A program made the translations under genes and the position numbers. Below, piece after piece: positions 26,536 through 35,785 of a stretch of DNA of 64,000 nucleotides. This DNA is from Candidatus Eiseniibacteriota bacterium (GTDB lineage Bacteria; Eisenbacteria; RBG-16-71-46; DASYSL01): assembly GCA_046598045.1 (NCBI GenBank), contig JBKJJJ010000113.1, positions 800-64,799 on the forward strand, given 5' to 3'. Under the pieces are notes generated by a model that saw only the letters and a list, made by a program, of their open reading frames with translations, was not told the DNA's origin and ran no database searches. Within the stretch, counting starts at the first letter, position 1. Each line of letters begins with the position of its first letter.

Positions 26536-27102
26536 ATGACCCGGCGCCGAATGCTCGAAATCGCGGTGGCCGCGGGCGTGTTGCTGTTACTGCTCGCGGT
26601 CTTCCTCGTCCGGCCGACCGCGCGCCACACCAGCGCGCCCGCCACCGTGCTGTTCGAGCGCGTCCCGGGGTCGCCCCCCGACTTCGGCAGTGGCGCCTAT
26701 CAATCCCTCATCGCCCTCTCTCCCGACTCCGCGCGCGCGCTCGTGCTCTATCCGGTCGAGTTCGAGGAGCGCGCCGACCTCTATGTCACCGATCGCGCGC
26801 GCGGGGACGGCTATCGCATGGTGCTGGTCGACTCCCTGCACCGGGAGGACTCGCCCAAGGCCGTCGGCTGGCTCGACGCGTCGAAGGCCTGGGTGATCGT
26901 CGGACACCAGTTCGGGACGGTGTCGCCCGGGGGCGACCTTTACGCGCTCGACCCGGGGACCGGGACGGCGGACTGCCTGTGGGCCTCACCGGACTCGGAT
27001 CGCACGCAGGCAGTAGGGTTTACGCCGCCCCACCAGGTCCGGCTCGTGGTCTTCGACGCCAACCTCATGAATCCCCGGGATTCCGTCGCCACGCTGCCCT
27101 GA
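26536..27102 (+). CDS. Hypothetical membrane-anchored or secreted protein
   Basis: An N-terminal hydrophobic helix (IAVAAGVLLLLLAVFLV) is followed by a soluble approximately 150-aa domain. No family recognised. Confidence 0.5.
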   Translation: MTRRRMLEIAVAAGVLLLLLAVFLVRPTARHTSAPATVLFERVPGSPPDFGSGAYQSLIALSPDSARALVLYPVEFEERADLYVTDRARGDGYRMVLVDSLHREDSPKAVGWLDASKAWVIVGHQFGTVSPGGDLYALDPGTGTADCLWASPDSDRTQAVGFTPPHQVRLVVFDANLMNPRDSVATLP

Positions 27103-27105
27103 AGG

Positions 27106-27135
27106 TTGACCGATCTGACGACAGCGTGCTAATTT
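27106..27135 (+). promoter_or_regulatory. Candidate promoter for tRNA-Gln (TTGACC-N18-TAATTT)
   Basis: Hexamers at 27106-27111 and 27130-27135, 14 nt upstream of the mature tRNA 5' end. The 18-nt spacing is slightly long. Confidence 0.35.
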
Positions 27136-27149
27136 ACGCACTCCCCGAT

Positions 27150-27223
27150 TGGGGAGTAGCGCAATGGTAGCGCAGCGGCCTTTGGAGCCGCCCGTCCAGG
27201 TTCGAATCCTGGCTCCCCAGCCA
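27150..27223 (+). tRNA. tRNA-Gln (anticodon TTG), CCA encoded
   Basis: Acceptor TGGGGAG/CTCCCCA, anticodon stem GCGGC/GCCGC with loop CTTTGGA, T-loop GGTTCGAATCC, discriminator G and CCA. The U1 start is typical of tRNA-Gln. Confidence 0.9.
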
Positions 27224-27418
27224 TCCTCTTGGCCGGAGCCCGGCGCAGCGCGCAAAGCCTCCCTCGGCGTCCCGCGGAGTGGCGGGACCCTCTGCACAAG
27301 TCCCCCGACCGCAAGGTGGCCGACGATGGACTGGGAGCCCGAGCATGGTCCAGGCATGAGACGCTTGGTCCTCTTGGAGATGGCGCAGCGTCGCGCGCGA
27401 AGCGCGGATACTGCGTCG

Positions 27419-28384
27419 ATGTTGGCCGAGGACGAGGAGCGAAGGGGATCGTTGGACACGCTCAAGATCCTGACCGGAACCGCGAACCCCGAGCTGGCGC
27501 AACGCATCTGCGATCACCTGGGCGTCGAGCTCGGCCTGGCGACCATCGGCCAGTTCGAGGACGGCGAGATCCGGGTCCGGATCGACGAGAACATCCGCGG
27601 GCTGGACGTGTTCGTGGTGCAGCCGACCATGCCGCCGGCGGAGAACATGATGTCGCTCCTGGTCATGCTCGACGCGTGCAAGCGCGCGTCGGCCCGCCGC
27701 GTCACCGCGGTGGTGCCCTACTACGGGTACGAGCGCCAGGATCGCAAGGACCAGCCGCGGGTGCCGATCACCGCCAAGCTCGTGGCGAACCTGATCACGG
27801 TGGCCGGTGCGGACCGGATGATCTCCATGGACCTGCATTCGCCGCAGATCCAGGGGTTCTTCGACATCCCGTTCGACCACCTGTATGCGGCGCCGGTGAT
27901 GATCGAGTACTTCCTGAGGAAGAAGCTCGGGGAACTCGTCGTCGTCGCGCCGGACATCGGCTCGGTCAAGATGGCGCGCGCGTACGCCAAGCGCCTGGGG
28001 GCGGAACTGGCCCTCGTGGACAAACGGCGTCCGTCCGCGGACTCGGTCGAGGTGATGAACATCATCGGCGACGTCGAGGGCAAGAACGTGGTGTTCTTCG
28101 ACGACGTGATCAGCACCGGCCGCACGCTTTGCGAGGCGGCCGACGCGATGAAGGCCAACGGCGCGCGCGACATCTACGCGGGCGTCACGCACGCCGTCCT
28201 GCCCGACGGCGCGGCCGAACGGCTCCTCGCCTCGCCCATCCGCGAGATCGTGGTGACCGACACCATTCCGCACGATCCGCGGCGCCTGAACGAGAAGTTC
28301 ACGGTGCTGTCGGCGGGCGGACTATTGGGAGAGGCGATTCGTCGCATCCACGAAGAGCGTACGCTCAGCTCACTCTTCGTCTGA
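27419..28384 (+). CDS. prs: Ribose-phosphate pyrophosphokinase
   Basis: LKILTGTANPELAQRICDHLGV, RVTAVVPYYGYERQDRK, DLHSPQIQGFFDIP and VFFDDVISTGRT. The start is ambiguous: ATG at 27419, or TTG at 27452 just after AAGGGGA. Confidence 0.9.
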   Translation: MLAEDEERRGSLDTLKILTGTANPELAQRICDHLGVELGLATIGQFEDGEIRVRIDENIRGLDVFVVQPTMPPAENMMSLLVMLDACKRASARRVTAVVPYYGYERQDRKDQPRVPITAKLVANLITVAGADRMISMDLHSPQIQGFFDIPFDHLYAAPVMIEYFLRKKLGELVVVAPDIGSVKMARAYAKRLGAELALVDKRRPSADSVEVMNIIGDVEGKNVVFFDDVISTGRTLCEAADAMKANGARDIYAGVTHAVLPDGAAERLLASPIREIVVTDTIPHDPRRLNEKFTVLSAGGLLGEAIRRIHEERTLSSLFV

Positions 28385-28449
28385 CAACCGAAAACACACT
28401 GGCCCCCGGGCGGTTCAATCCGACCCGGGCTGTCTGAAGGAGGCATTCC

Positions 28450-29124
28450 ATGGCCATCGTTCCCCTCGCGGGACGGGTCCGCCCGGGCACGGGCAAGGGC
28501 CCAGCCCGGCAGGCACGTCGCGCCGGCGAGATTCCCGGAGTGATCTACGGCTCCGGTGAAACCCCGACCGCGCTCGCTGTCCCGAAGAAAGAATTCGAGC
28601 TCGCGCTCAAGAACGCGCACGCGGGCGGCAACGTCATCGTGGCGCTCCGCCTCGATGGCGCGGCCGAGCAGACCGCGATCATCCGCGAAGTCCAGCGCGA
28701 CCCGATCTCGCACGACATCCTCCATCTCGACTTCCACCACATCTCGCTCACCGAGAAGGTGACCGTCGAGGTCAACGTCCACCTGATCGGCGTCCCCGAC
28801 GGCGTGAAGAATGGCGGCGGCATCCTCGAGCACATCACCCGCACGGTCGAGGTCGAGTGCCTCCCGACGCAGATCCCCGCGCACATCGACGCCGATGTCA
28901 CGCGCCTCGCGATCGGCGACTCGGTGCATGTCCGCGACCTGTCGGTGACCAATGCCGTGATCCTGTCCGATCTCGACATGACGATCGCGACCGTGGTGCC
29001 GCCGACCGTCATGGTCGAGCCGGTCGCGGGCGCGGCGGCGACGTCGACGGAGCCCGAGGTCATCGCCAAGGGCAAGGGTGACGACGCCGAGAAGGCCGAA
29101 AAGGGCGACAAGGGCAAGGGGTAG
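28450..29124 (+). CDS. rplY: 50S ribosomal protein L25 / general stress protein Ctc
   Basis: GKGPARQARRAGEIPGVIYG, IIREVQRDPISHDILHLDFH and NVHLIGVPDGVK. Acidic/Lys-rich C-terminal tail. Confidence 0.9.
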   Translation: MAIVPLAGRVRPGTGKGPARQARRAGEIPGVIYGSGETPTALAVPKKEFELALKNAHAGGNVIVALRLDGAAEQTAIIREVQRDPISHDILHLDFHHISLTEKVTVEVNVHLIGVPDGVKNGGGILEHITRTVEVECLPTQIPAHIDADVTRLAIGDSVHVRDLSVTNAVILSDLDMTIATVVPPTVMVEPVAGAAATSTEPEVIAKGKGDDAEKAEKGDKGKG

Positions 29125-29133
29125 ACCTCTCGC

Positions 29134-29751
29134 ATGGTGACGCTGGTCGTGGTCGGGCTGGGCAATCCCGGTCCGGACTACGCCGGCACGCGCCACAACG
29201 TCGGCTTCGAAGTGGTGCATCTCCTGGTCGAACGCCTGCAAGCCCGGCCGGAGGAGACCACGCGGACTTACGCCTCCTGGGCGGCCCGCGTGCCCGGGGA
29301 TCCCGAGCGGTCGCTCGTGCTCCTCACGCCGCTCACGTTCATGAACGCGAGCGGACGCGCGCTCGAGGAATACCGCGAGCGCCGCGGTCTCGAGGTCGAG
29401 CGGGTCCTGGTGGTGGTGGACGACATCTACCTCCCGCTCGGACAGCTTCGGCTCAGGGCGCGGGGCGGTGACGGCGGGCACAACGGCCTGGCGTCGGTGG
29501 CGGAGGGCCTGGGCAGCGATGCCTACGCGCGACTGCGGGTCGGCGTGGGCGAGGCGGGCGACGGGCAGCAACTGGTGGACCACGTGCTCTCGGGATTCGC
29601 GCCCGGGGAGGAAGCGGCGCTCGAGGGCGTGCTGGACGCCGCCTGCGAGGCCAGCCTCCTGTGGGCGCGCGAAGGCATCGTGGCAGGGATGAATCGCTTC
29701 AACGCAAGACCGCGCGCAGTGCGCGAAAACGCCCCGGAAGGGGAGAGGTGA
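29134..29751 (+). CDS. pth: Peptidyl-tRNA hydrolase
   Basis: LVVGLGNPGPDYAGTRHNVGF, TFMNASGRA and GGDGGHNGLAS. Confidence 0.95.
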   Translation: MVTLVVVGLGNPGPDYAGTRHNVGFEVVHLLVERLQARPEETTRTYASWAARVPGDPERSLVLLTPLTFMNASGRALEEYRERRGLEVERVLVVVDDIYLPLGQLRLRARGGDGGHNGLASVAEGLGSDAYARLRVGVGEAGDGQQLVDHVLSGFAPGEEAALEGVLDAACEASLLWAREGIVAGMNRFNARPRAVRENAPEGER

Positions 29752-29755
29752 TCGA

Positions 29756-30226
29756 GTGCACGAGTACGAAACCGTGTTCATCCTGGATCCGGGTCTCGAT
29801 GAGAACCAGGTCAACGAGGAAGTCGAGAAGACGTCGAACCTGATCACGACCAACGGCGGCAAGATCCTCGACCTGCAGCGCTGGGGTCGCAAGCGCCTGG
29901 CCTACGAGATCAACAAGAAGCGCGACGGCGTGTACACGCTGATCAAGCACGAGTCGTCGGGCGAGGTGGTCAAGGAGCTGGAGCGTCGCCTGCGCCTCAA
30001 CGACAGCGTCATGCGCGTCATGACCGTCATCGCCGGCCCCGAGTGGGAAGCGCCGGTCGATGGCGAGAATTCGATGCTCGGCACGGGCATCAACCCGACG
30101 CCGCGTCCGGCGCCGGTCGAGGCGGCTCCGGCCGCCGCCGCTCCGGCTGCAACGGCTCCGGCTGCAACGGCTCCGGATGCCGCGCCGGCTGCTGCGGCTC
30201 CGGCTGCCGCGGAGGCGGGCGAGTAG
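29756..30226 (+). CDS. rpsF: 30S ribosomal protein S6 with an Ala/Pro-rich C-terminal extension
   Basis: HEYETVFILDPGLDE...WGRKRLAYEINKKRDGVY. GTG start. Confidence 0.95.
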   Translation: MHEYETVFILDPGLDENQVNEEVEKTSNLITTNGGKILDLQRWGRKRLAYEINKKRDGVYTLIKHESSGEVVKELERRLRLNDSVMRVMTVIAGPEWEAPVDGENSMLGTGINPTPRPAPVEAAPAAAAPAATAPAATAPDAAPAAAAPAAAEAGE

Positions 30227-30242
30227 TTCTCGCCCACGGGCC

Positions 30243-30638
30243 GTGTCGGACCTGAAGCTGCCGCGCGTCAACCGGGTGATGCTGGCCGGGCGTGTCACGC
30301 GCGACTTCACGATTCGATACACCTCGACGCAGGTGCCGGTCGCGATGTTCACCGTGGCGTTCAATCGCCCGGTGAAGGACGCGGAGGGCCAGTGGAGCGA
30401 GGTGCCCGGATTCGTCAACGTGCTGGTGTCGCACCGGCTCGCCGAGCTGTGCGCCGAGCACTTGCACAAGGGCAGCGCGGTCTATCTCGAAGGCCGGCTG
30501 CAGACGCGAAAGTTCGAGGCCAAGGGCGGCGCAAGCCGCTCGGTGCTCGAGATCAAGGCGGACCAGGTCCAGTTCCTGGACCGACCGACGACGGAGCCCA
30601 CGCCGCCCAAGGCGGTGGAGGGCGACCTGCCGTTCTGA
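30243..30638 (+). CDS. ssb: Single-stranded DNA-binding protein
   Basis: OB-fold pattern (NRVMLAGRVTRD...VYLEGRLQTRKFE) and an acidic C-terminal tip ending in DLPF. It sits in the conserved rpsF-ssb-rpsR position. Confidence 0.85.
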   Translation: MSDLKLPRVNRVMLAGRVTRDFTIRYTSTQVPVAMFTVAFNRPVKDAEGQWSEVPGFVNVLVSHRLAELCAEHLHKGSAVYLEGRLQTRKFEAKGGASRSVLEIKADQVQFLDRPTTEPTPPKAVEGDLPF

Positions 30639-30721
30639 CATGGACCACGGGTGACGCGACTCGCTGAGAGCCGCGGCGCCCTCCCCGGGGCCAGGCTCCG
30701 GGGACCAACCAGGAGGTACTC

Positions 30722-30964
30722 GTGGCTCGCGATCGCGAACCCCGTGCGGTGAAGAAGAAGTTCTGCAAGCTGTGCCTGGAGAAGGTGCCCTACGTCGACT
30801 ACAAGGACGAGAAGCGCCTCACGCGCTTCATCACCGACCGCGGCAAGATCGTGCCGCGCCGCATCTCCGGCGCCTGCGCGCGTCACCAGAAGCAGATCAC
30901 GATCGCGGTCAAGCGCGCCCGCGTGCTTGCGATGCTGCCGTTCTCCAGTGACTTCTACCGCTGA
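30722..30964 (+). CDS. rpsR: 30S ribosomal protein S18
   Basis: [50 protein letters not shown]. Confidence 0.95.
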   Translation: MARDREPRAVKKKFCKLCLEKVPYVDYKDEKRLTRFITDRGKIVPRRISGACARHQKQITIAVKRARVLAMLPFSSDFYR

Positions 30965-31961
30965 GACGATCCGGATCGCCGACCCTCGCCGCCGGACCGG
31001 CGCGGGGCTGCTCGGCATCCTGTGCCTGATCCTGCTCGGGCAGCTGCTCACGCCCGAGCCGTGGATGGTGTTGTGGCCGGTGTTGCCCGTCGTGGGCGCG
31101 GCCGCGCTGTTGCTGACGCAGACGCAGTTCCCGGCGCTCGGGTGGCTGCTGCCGTTGGGCACGATCGGGGCTCTGCTCGCCCTCGGGGTGCAGGACCAGC
31201 CCTGGGCCTGGTGTCTCGCCGCGGGTAGCGTGGCCGCGGCGATGCTCGGGCTCGCGGACCGCGCCGGCGCGCCGCTCGAACGCCGCGCGTGGGCTTACCT
31301 GCCGGTGATCCTGCTGGCGGCGGTGTTCCCGATCATTCCCGGGTACCGGGATTTCATCGGCGCGGCGGCGGGAGCGATTCGTTCCGAGGAAGCGCGGCAA
31401 CTCGCGGTGCTCGAGTCCACGCCGATGGCGGCGGACCAGAAGGTCGCGGCGGGACAGCTCATCGCCTCGGGAATCCAGTTCGGACTCCTGCTCGCGCAGA
31501 ACGTGTTGCCGGTGTTCCTGTTCGTCTGGGTCGCGCTGCTGGTGCATCTCGCCGAGCGCCTCGCGCGCCGGCTGGCGGACCTGGTCAGGCGCCCGTTGCC
31601 CACGGCGTTTCCGTTCGAGCGGTTGCGCATGCCGGACGGCATGCTGTGGCTCCTGGTCGGCGGCCTGGCGATGATCGCGTTGCGCGATCCGCGCGTGATG
31701 CCGGTGGGCGTGAACCTCGCGGGCTCGGTCGCCCTCGCGTTTGCGCTGCAGGGATTGTCGGTGGTCAAGGTGTACCTGGTCTCCCATGGCATGACGCCGG
31801 GGCTGATTGCTCTGTTGTTCCTGTTCACGCTGCTCACGATGTGGCCGATCCTGCCACTCGCCTGCGCGGGCGTGGGCCTGATGGACCTGTGGCTCGATTT
31901 CCGGCGTCTCGAACCCCGTGCGGAGAGGGACGAGCCGGAAGGAGGCAACCTGTGGAAGTGA
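30948..31961 (+). CDS. Polytopic membrane protein, YybS/DUF2232-like by position
   Basis: About 8 hydrophobic segments. It occupies the slot between rpsR and rplI that holds yybS in Bacillus. The start is uncertain (GTG 30948 or TTG 30927, both overlapping the rpsR end). Its stop overlaps the rplI start. Confidence 0.55.
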   Translation: MTSTAETIRIADPRRRTGAGLLGILCLILLGQLLTPEPWMVLWPVLPVVGAAALLLTQTQFPALGWLLPLGTIGALLALGVQDQPWAWCLAAGSVAAAMLGLADRAGAPLERRAWAYLPVILLAAVFPIIPGYRDFIGAAAGAIRSEEARQLAVLESTPMAADQKVAAGQLIASGIQFGLLLAQNVLPVFLFVWVALLVHLAERLARRLADLVRRPLPTAFPFERLRMPDGMLWLLVGGLAMIALRDPRVMPVGVNLAGSVALAFALQGLSVVKVYLVSHGMTPGLIALLFLFTLLTMWPILPLACAGVGLMDLWLDFRRLEPRAERDEPEGGNLWK

Positions 31962-32398
31962 TCCTGATCGACGACGTGGACGGGCTGGGCAAGAAGGGCT
32001 CGACCGTCAAGGTGGCGAACGGTTACGCGCGCAATTTCCTCGTGCCGCGCAAGCTCGCGATTCCGACCGGCGGCGGCGCCGCGCGGTTGTTCATCGAGAT
32101 GGCGAAGCAGCGCGACATCGCGAACGACAAGTCGAAGAAGGCCGCCGAGGCGATCGCCGCGAAGTACAAGGGCGTGTCGCTCGAGGTGACCGCGAAGGCG
32201 GGCGAGGACGGCACGCTGTTCGGTTCGGTGACGTCGGCCGACCTGGCGGAGTTGTTCGGCAAGCAGGGCATCGTCACCGACAAGAAGAAGATCGAGATCG
32301 CCGAGCCGATCAAGACCGTCGGCGAGCACACGGTGATCGTGCGGCTCCATGCCGGGGTCGAGGCGCCGGTGGTCGTGCGCGTGGTTGCCAAGTCATGA
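31952..32398 (+). CDS. rplI: 50S ribosomal protein L9
   Basis: [39 protein letters not shown] start. Confidence 0.95.
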   Translation: MEVILIDDVDGLGKKGSTVKVANGYARNFLVPRKLAIPTGGGAARLFIEMAKQRDIANDKSKKAAEAIAAKYKGVSLEVTAKAGEDGTLFGSVTSADLAELFGKQGIVTDKKKIEIAEPIKTVGEHTVIVRLHAGVEAPVVVRVVAKS

Positions 32399-33744
32399 TG
32401 CGGCGCGAGGGAGGCGAAGGGATGCTGGCGCTCCCCGCGCGTGGCTTTCGGGGGACTTTCATGGTGCTGGCCGTTTCGCTGGCGCTTGTCGGCTCGGTCT
32501 CGCAGGCCGGGGCGGTGACGAAGCGGGCGGCGAAGGCTTCCGCTTCGGCGGCGGCCACGCGGTCGGGATCGGTCGTGCTGGCGCGGGTGGGGAATACCGT
32601 GGTGACGCGGGCGGATTACGAGGCGCGGCTGGCAGACCTGCCGCCGCAGTACAAGGGGCAGTTCACCACGCCCGAGCAGAAGCGCCAGTTCATCGACCGC
32701 CTGCTCGAAGAGAAGGTGTGGCTCGCGACCGCACTCAGGGCCGGCGTCGACAAGCGTCCCGAGGTGCAGAAGCAGTTCGAGAACTATCGCCGCGACACGC
32801 TGATCCGCACCTACCTGGGCGAGGCGATGAAGAACGCGCCGGCCCCGTCGGACTCGCTCGTCCAGTCGTTCTACGACGCGCATGTCAGCGAGTACACGGC
32901 CGAGGAGCAGGTGCAGGTGCGCCAGATCCAGGTCGCGGACGAGAAGACCGCGCTCAAGGTCAAGGGGCTGCTCGCCAAGGGCGGGGACTTCGCCGCGCTG
33001 GCCAAGCAATACTCGACCGACGGCGTGACCAAGGAGAAGGGCGGCGACTTGGGCCCGGTGTCGAAGAGCGGCTTCTTCGGCTCGCTCGGCCGGCAGGAGG
33101 TCCTCGCCGACAGCGCGTTCGCGGCGCCGATGAACTCGGTGCGCGGGCCGATCAAGACCGCACTCGGCTGGCACCTGATCGAGATCACGGGCCGCACCGC
33201 GGCGCACGCGCGGCCGATCGAAGAGGTCAAGCCGGTGATCGTCCGCCAGCTCACGCAGCAGGTGAACCAGGACTTCTACCAGTCGAGCCTGAAGCAGGCG
33301 AAGGTCACGGTCGGGCTCAAGCTCGAGGAGGCGGCGATCAACGAGGCCGTCAACTCCAAGAAGTCAGCGGTCGAGATGTTCCGCGATGCGGGCGAAGTGC
33401 CGAACGTGGACGATCGCATCGCCGCCTATCGCAACGTCGTGGCCAGCTACCCGGAGAGCGAATACGCCCCGCAGGCGCTGTTCATGGTGGGATTCGTTGA
33501 GTCCGAGGAAAAGAGGGATTACGATCAGGCTGAGGCGTCGTTCAAGGACCTGCTCACGAAGTATCCCCGGAGCGAGCTGGTGTCGTCGGCGCAGTGGATG
33601 ATCGACAACATGCGCTCGGACAAGACCCCGGACTTCGACCTGCCGGGCGACCTGGGGAAGGCGAGCGACCACGACGCGGCGCAGCATGCGAGCCCAAAGC
33701 TGCATGACCTGCCGGTGGAGAACCAGAAGCCCGGCAAGCCGTAG
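32395..33744 (+). CDS. Secreted parvulin-type peptidyl-prolyl isomerase (SurA/PrsA-like) with a TPR-like C-terminal region
   Basis: Signal peptide. SurA-N-like helices. Parvulin core VQVRQIQVADE...GGDLGPVSKSGFFG...GPIKTALGWHLIEITGR. Confidence 0.8.
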   Translation: MMRREGGEGMLALPARGFRGTFMVLAVSLALVGSVSQAGAVTKRAAKASASAAATRSGSVVLARVGNTVVTRADYEARLADLPPQYKGQFTTPEQKRQFIDRLLEEKVWLATALRAGVDKRPEVQKQFENYRRDTLIRTYLGEAMKNAPAPSDSLVQSFYDAHVSEYTAEEQVQVRQIQVADEKTALKVKGLLAKGGDFAALAKQYSTDGVTKEKGGDLGPVSKSGFFGSLGRQEVLADSAFAAPMNSVRGPIKTALGWHLIEITGRTAAHARPIEEVKPVIVRQLTQQVNQDFYQSSLKQAKVTVGLKLEEAAINEAVNSKKSAVEMFRDAGEVPNVDDRIAAYRNVVASYPESEYAPQALFMVGFVESEEKRDYDQAEASFKDLLTKYPRSELVSSAQWMIDNMRSDKTPDFDLPGDLGKASDHDAAQHASPKLHDLPVENQKPGKP

Positions 33745-33769
33745 CGCGAGACCACAGGGGGAGGCGGCG

Positions 33770-34258
33770 ATGGCGGTGATCGAGGTCAAGATCAACGGAC
33801 TGGCCCCCGACCCGCAGGCGGACAGCCACATCCTCATCCTCAAGGAAAAGGACGGGGAGCGCGTGCTCCCGATCGTGATCGGCCCCGCCGAGGCGCAGGC
33901 AATTGCCCGCGAATTGGCGGGGCAACGTTTTTCCCGCCCGTACACCCACGACCTGCTCGCGACCATCGTCGAGGGCCTCAAGGCGAAGGTCACGCGCATC
34001 GTGATCTCCGACCTGCGCGAGAACACGTTCTATGCCCACCTCGTGATCGAGAAGGACGGCGAAGTGGTCGCGATCGATGCCCGTCCCTCGGACTCGATCG
34101 CGCTCGCGCTGCGCTGCGGCGCCGACATCTTCGTCAACGAGAAGCTGCTCGCCGAGCCCGGCGAGCAGGACGAGTTGAGCGAGGAGGAGAAGGCGCAGCA
34201 GCTAAGGCGCTTTCTCGAGAATCTGGATCCGGAAGACTTCGGGAAGTACAACCCTTGA
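33770..34258 (+). CDS. Bifunctional nuclease family protein (DUF151/BFN)
   Basis: ILILKEKDGERVLPIVIGPAEAQAIA...RPYTHDLL...VVISDLRENTFYAHL...IDARPSDSIALALR. Confidence 0.8.
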   Translation: MAVIEVKINGLAPDPQADSHILILKEKDGERVLPIVIGPAEAQAIARELAGQRFSRPYTHDLLATIVEGLKAKVTRIVISDLRENTFYAHLVIEKDGEVVAIDARPSDSIALALRCGADIFVNEKLLAEPGEQDELSEEEKAQQLRRFLENLDPEDFGKYNP

Positions 34259-34358
34259 GCCGATTTGGCGCCCGGTTGTTCCGGTTGGCTGCCGTCCTTC
34301 TCCTAGCGCGAGTGCAGTTGCCTCACTTGTAGTCCAGTTGCGGTCTCCTTGATCTTCG

Positions 34359-34378
34359 AACCTGCCCCGGGGCAGGTT
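34359..34378. terminator. 20-nt perfect palindrome AACCTGCCCC/GGGGCAGGTT between convergent genes; possible bidirectional terminator hairpin (no U-tract)
   Basis: Read directly. It lies in the 185-nt gap between the BFN gene (+) and aroH-tyrA (-). The absence of a T-run makes its function uncertain. Confidence 0.3.
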
Positions 34379-34443
34379 GGGACTATGCCTGCGTCTCACC
34401 GCTGCATGGCGCGCCCGTTGCGGACGACATGCCCAAGGCAGAT

Positions 34444-35622
34444 CTAGCGACCCCGCAACTGTCGATCGAGCGTGCGGCGGAGCGTCTCCCACGCGCGCAA
34501 CACCTCGCTGCGATTTCCCCGGCAGTACGCCAGCGCCACCCGCGGATCCGCCTTCGCCAGCCGCGTCATTCCGCGAAACCCCGGTCCCGCGAGCCCGCGC
34601 CTCTCCGCCCCGGCCCCGCTCGCCGCGATCGCCATCGAGATCAAGTAGGGGAGATGGCTCGTCCGCGCCAGCGCGCGGTCGTGCGCGGCGGGCGTGACGA
34701 TGAGCGCCTTCGCGCCCACCGCGCGCACGAGCTTGCGCGCCGCCGCCGGCACCGGGACGCCGCGCACCGGCAGCAGCGCGAACGAGGCGCCATCGAACAA
34801 CTCCGCGCGGGCCGACGCGAACCCGTGCCCCTCGTTGCCCGCAATCGGGTGCCCGCCGACCGCGCGCACGCCGAGCTTCGCGGCCCGCGCGAGCGCCTCG
34901 GTCACGCCGCCTCGCGCGCTGCCCGTGTCCATCAACACGGCGCCGCGCGGGAGCGCCTTCGCCGCGCGGTCGATCAGCGTGGGGAGCGCGTCGACCGGCA
35001 CCGCAAGGAGCGCGATCGCCGCGCCCGCGCACGCCTCGTCCAGCGTGCGCGCGACGCGATCGATCGCGCCGCCGCGCAAGGCCGCCCGCGCCACCCGCGG
35101 ATCGCGATCGAAGCCCACGCGCTCGAAGCCGCCCGCGCGCCCGAGCGCGAGGCCGAGCGAGCCCCCGATCTGCCCGAGCCCGAGCAGCGCGACGCGCGTC
35201 TTGCGAGCACCGGCGCTCGCCTGCACCACCGAACGCCCCCGAGAGGATGCGAGATCCGGCCGCAAGGCCTCCGCGCCATCGAGGTACACCGGCACGAGGC
35301 GGCGCGCGCGCGGCGCGCCCTCGACCGTGAGCAGCACGCGCACCACGCGGGGCAGGGCGTGCGGCACGTCGACCTCGGTCGCCCCGAGCAGGGGGACGTC
35401 GGCCCAGCCAAGCTTGCGCGCGGCGTGCGCAGGGAAATCGGCGGTCAAGTCGGGCGTCGCGGTGAAGATCGCGCTCACGATGCGCTCGGGCTTGAGGCCG
35501 TTGAGGCGCACGAGCTCGAGCAAGAGGCGCGCGGTCGAGGCGCGGATCGCCTCGGCGCGGTTCGCGGGCACCTGGATCGCGCCGCGGACGGCGGCGATGC
35601 GGCCAGGGGTGGAGCGGGGCAT
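34444..35622 (-). CDS. tyrA: Fusion protein: AroH-type chorismate mutase (N-terminal) plus prephenate dehydrogenase TyrA (C-terminal)
   Basis: The N-terminal approximately 120 aa (AAVRGAIQVPANRAEAIRASTARLL...IVSAIFTATPDLTADFPA...) match the AroH class CM. These are followed by VALLGLGQIGGSLGLAL (Rossmann) and GGHPIAG (prephenate dehydrogenase signature). Confidence 0.85.
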   Translation of the reverse strand: MPRSTPGRIAAVRGAIQVPANRAEAIRASTARLLLELVRLNGLKPERIVSAIFTATPDLTADFPAHAARKLGWADVPLLGATEVDVPHALPRVVRVLLTVEGAPRARRLVPVYLDGAEALRPDLASSRGRSVVQASAGARKTRVALLGLGQIGGSLGLALGRAGGFERVGFDRDPRVARAALRGGAIDRVARTLDEACAGAAIALLAVPVDALPTLIDRAAKALPRGAVLMDTGSARGGVTEALARAAKLGVRAVGGHPIAGNEGHGFASARAELFDGASFALLPVRGVPVPAAARKLVRAVGAKALIVTPAAHDRALARTSHLPYLISMAIAASGAGAERRGLAGPGFRGMTRLAKADPRVALAYCRGNRSEVLRAWETLRRTLDRQLRGR

Positions 35623-35658
35623 GGAGCCTCCTGGGGTCGAAACCGCGGGGCAGGCACG

Positions 35659-35690
35659 AAAAAGCCCACTTCCGGGCCTCTGGAAGTGGG
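35659..35690 (-). terminator. Intrinsic terminator on the minus strand (9-bp stem CCCACTTCC/GGAAGTGGG, 8-nt loop, then CTTTTTC)
   Basis: Read directly. It lies 130 nt after the amidase stop and only 37 nt before the aroH-tyrA start codon. A canonical U-tract terminator is rare in this GC-rich window. Confidence 0.65.
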
Positions 35691-35713
35691 TTCGGTGCGA
35701 GTCGCGAACGACG

Positions 35714-35785
35714 TTACGCCGAGGCCCACTCCGGGCTGGGGTAGGCGGCGTAATACGAATTGTTCAGGCGCGCGAGCGAGTTCAT
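35714..35785 (-). promoter_or_regulatory. Candidate 23-codon leader peptide MNSLARLNNSYYAAYPSPEWASA (3 Tyr and 1 Trp) upstream of the terminator
   Basis: ATG at 35785 and TAA at 35716-35714 on the minus strand. The Tyr codons sit in an unusually AT-rich patch (aacaattcgtattac). The 3' end of the ORF overlaps a segment (GGAGTGGG) complementary to the 5' arm of the terminator. No strong SD. Confidence 0.35.

Noticed and set aside
34357-34369. The 13-mer CGAACCTGCCCCG is shared between the 34.3-kb convergent spacer and repeat unit 2 (61819-61831), suggesting a dispersed element family.
   Set aside because: At about 70% GC, roughly a hundred or more exact 13-mer coincidences are expected by chance within 64 kb. 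The flanking similarity is weak, so this is not sufficient evidence within the window.
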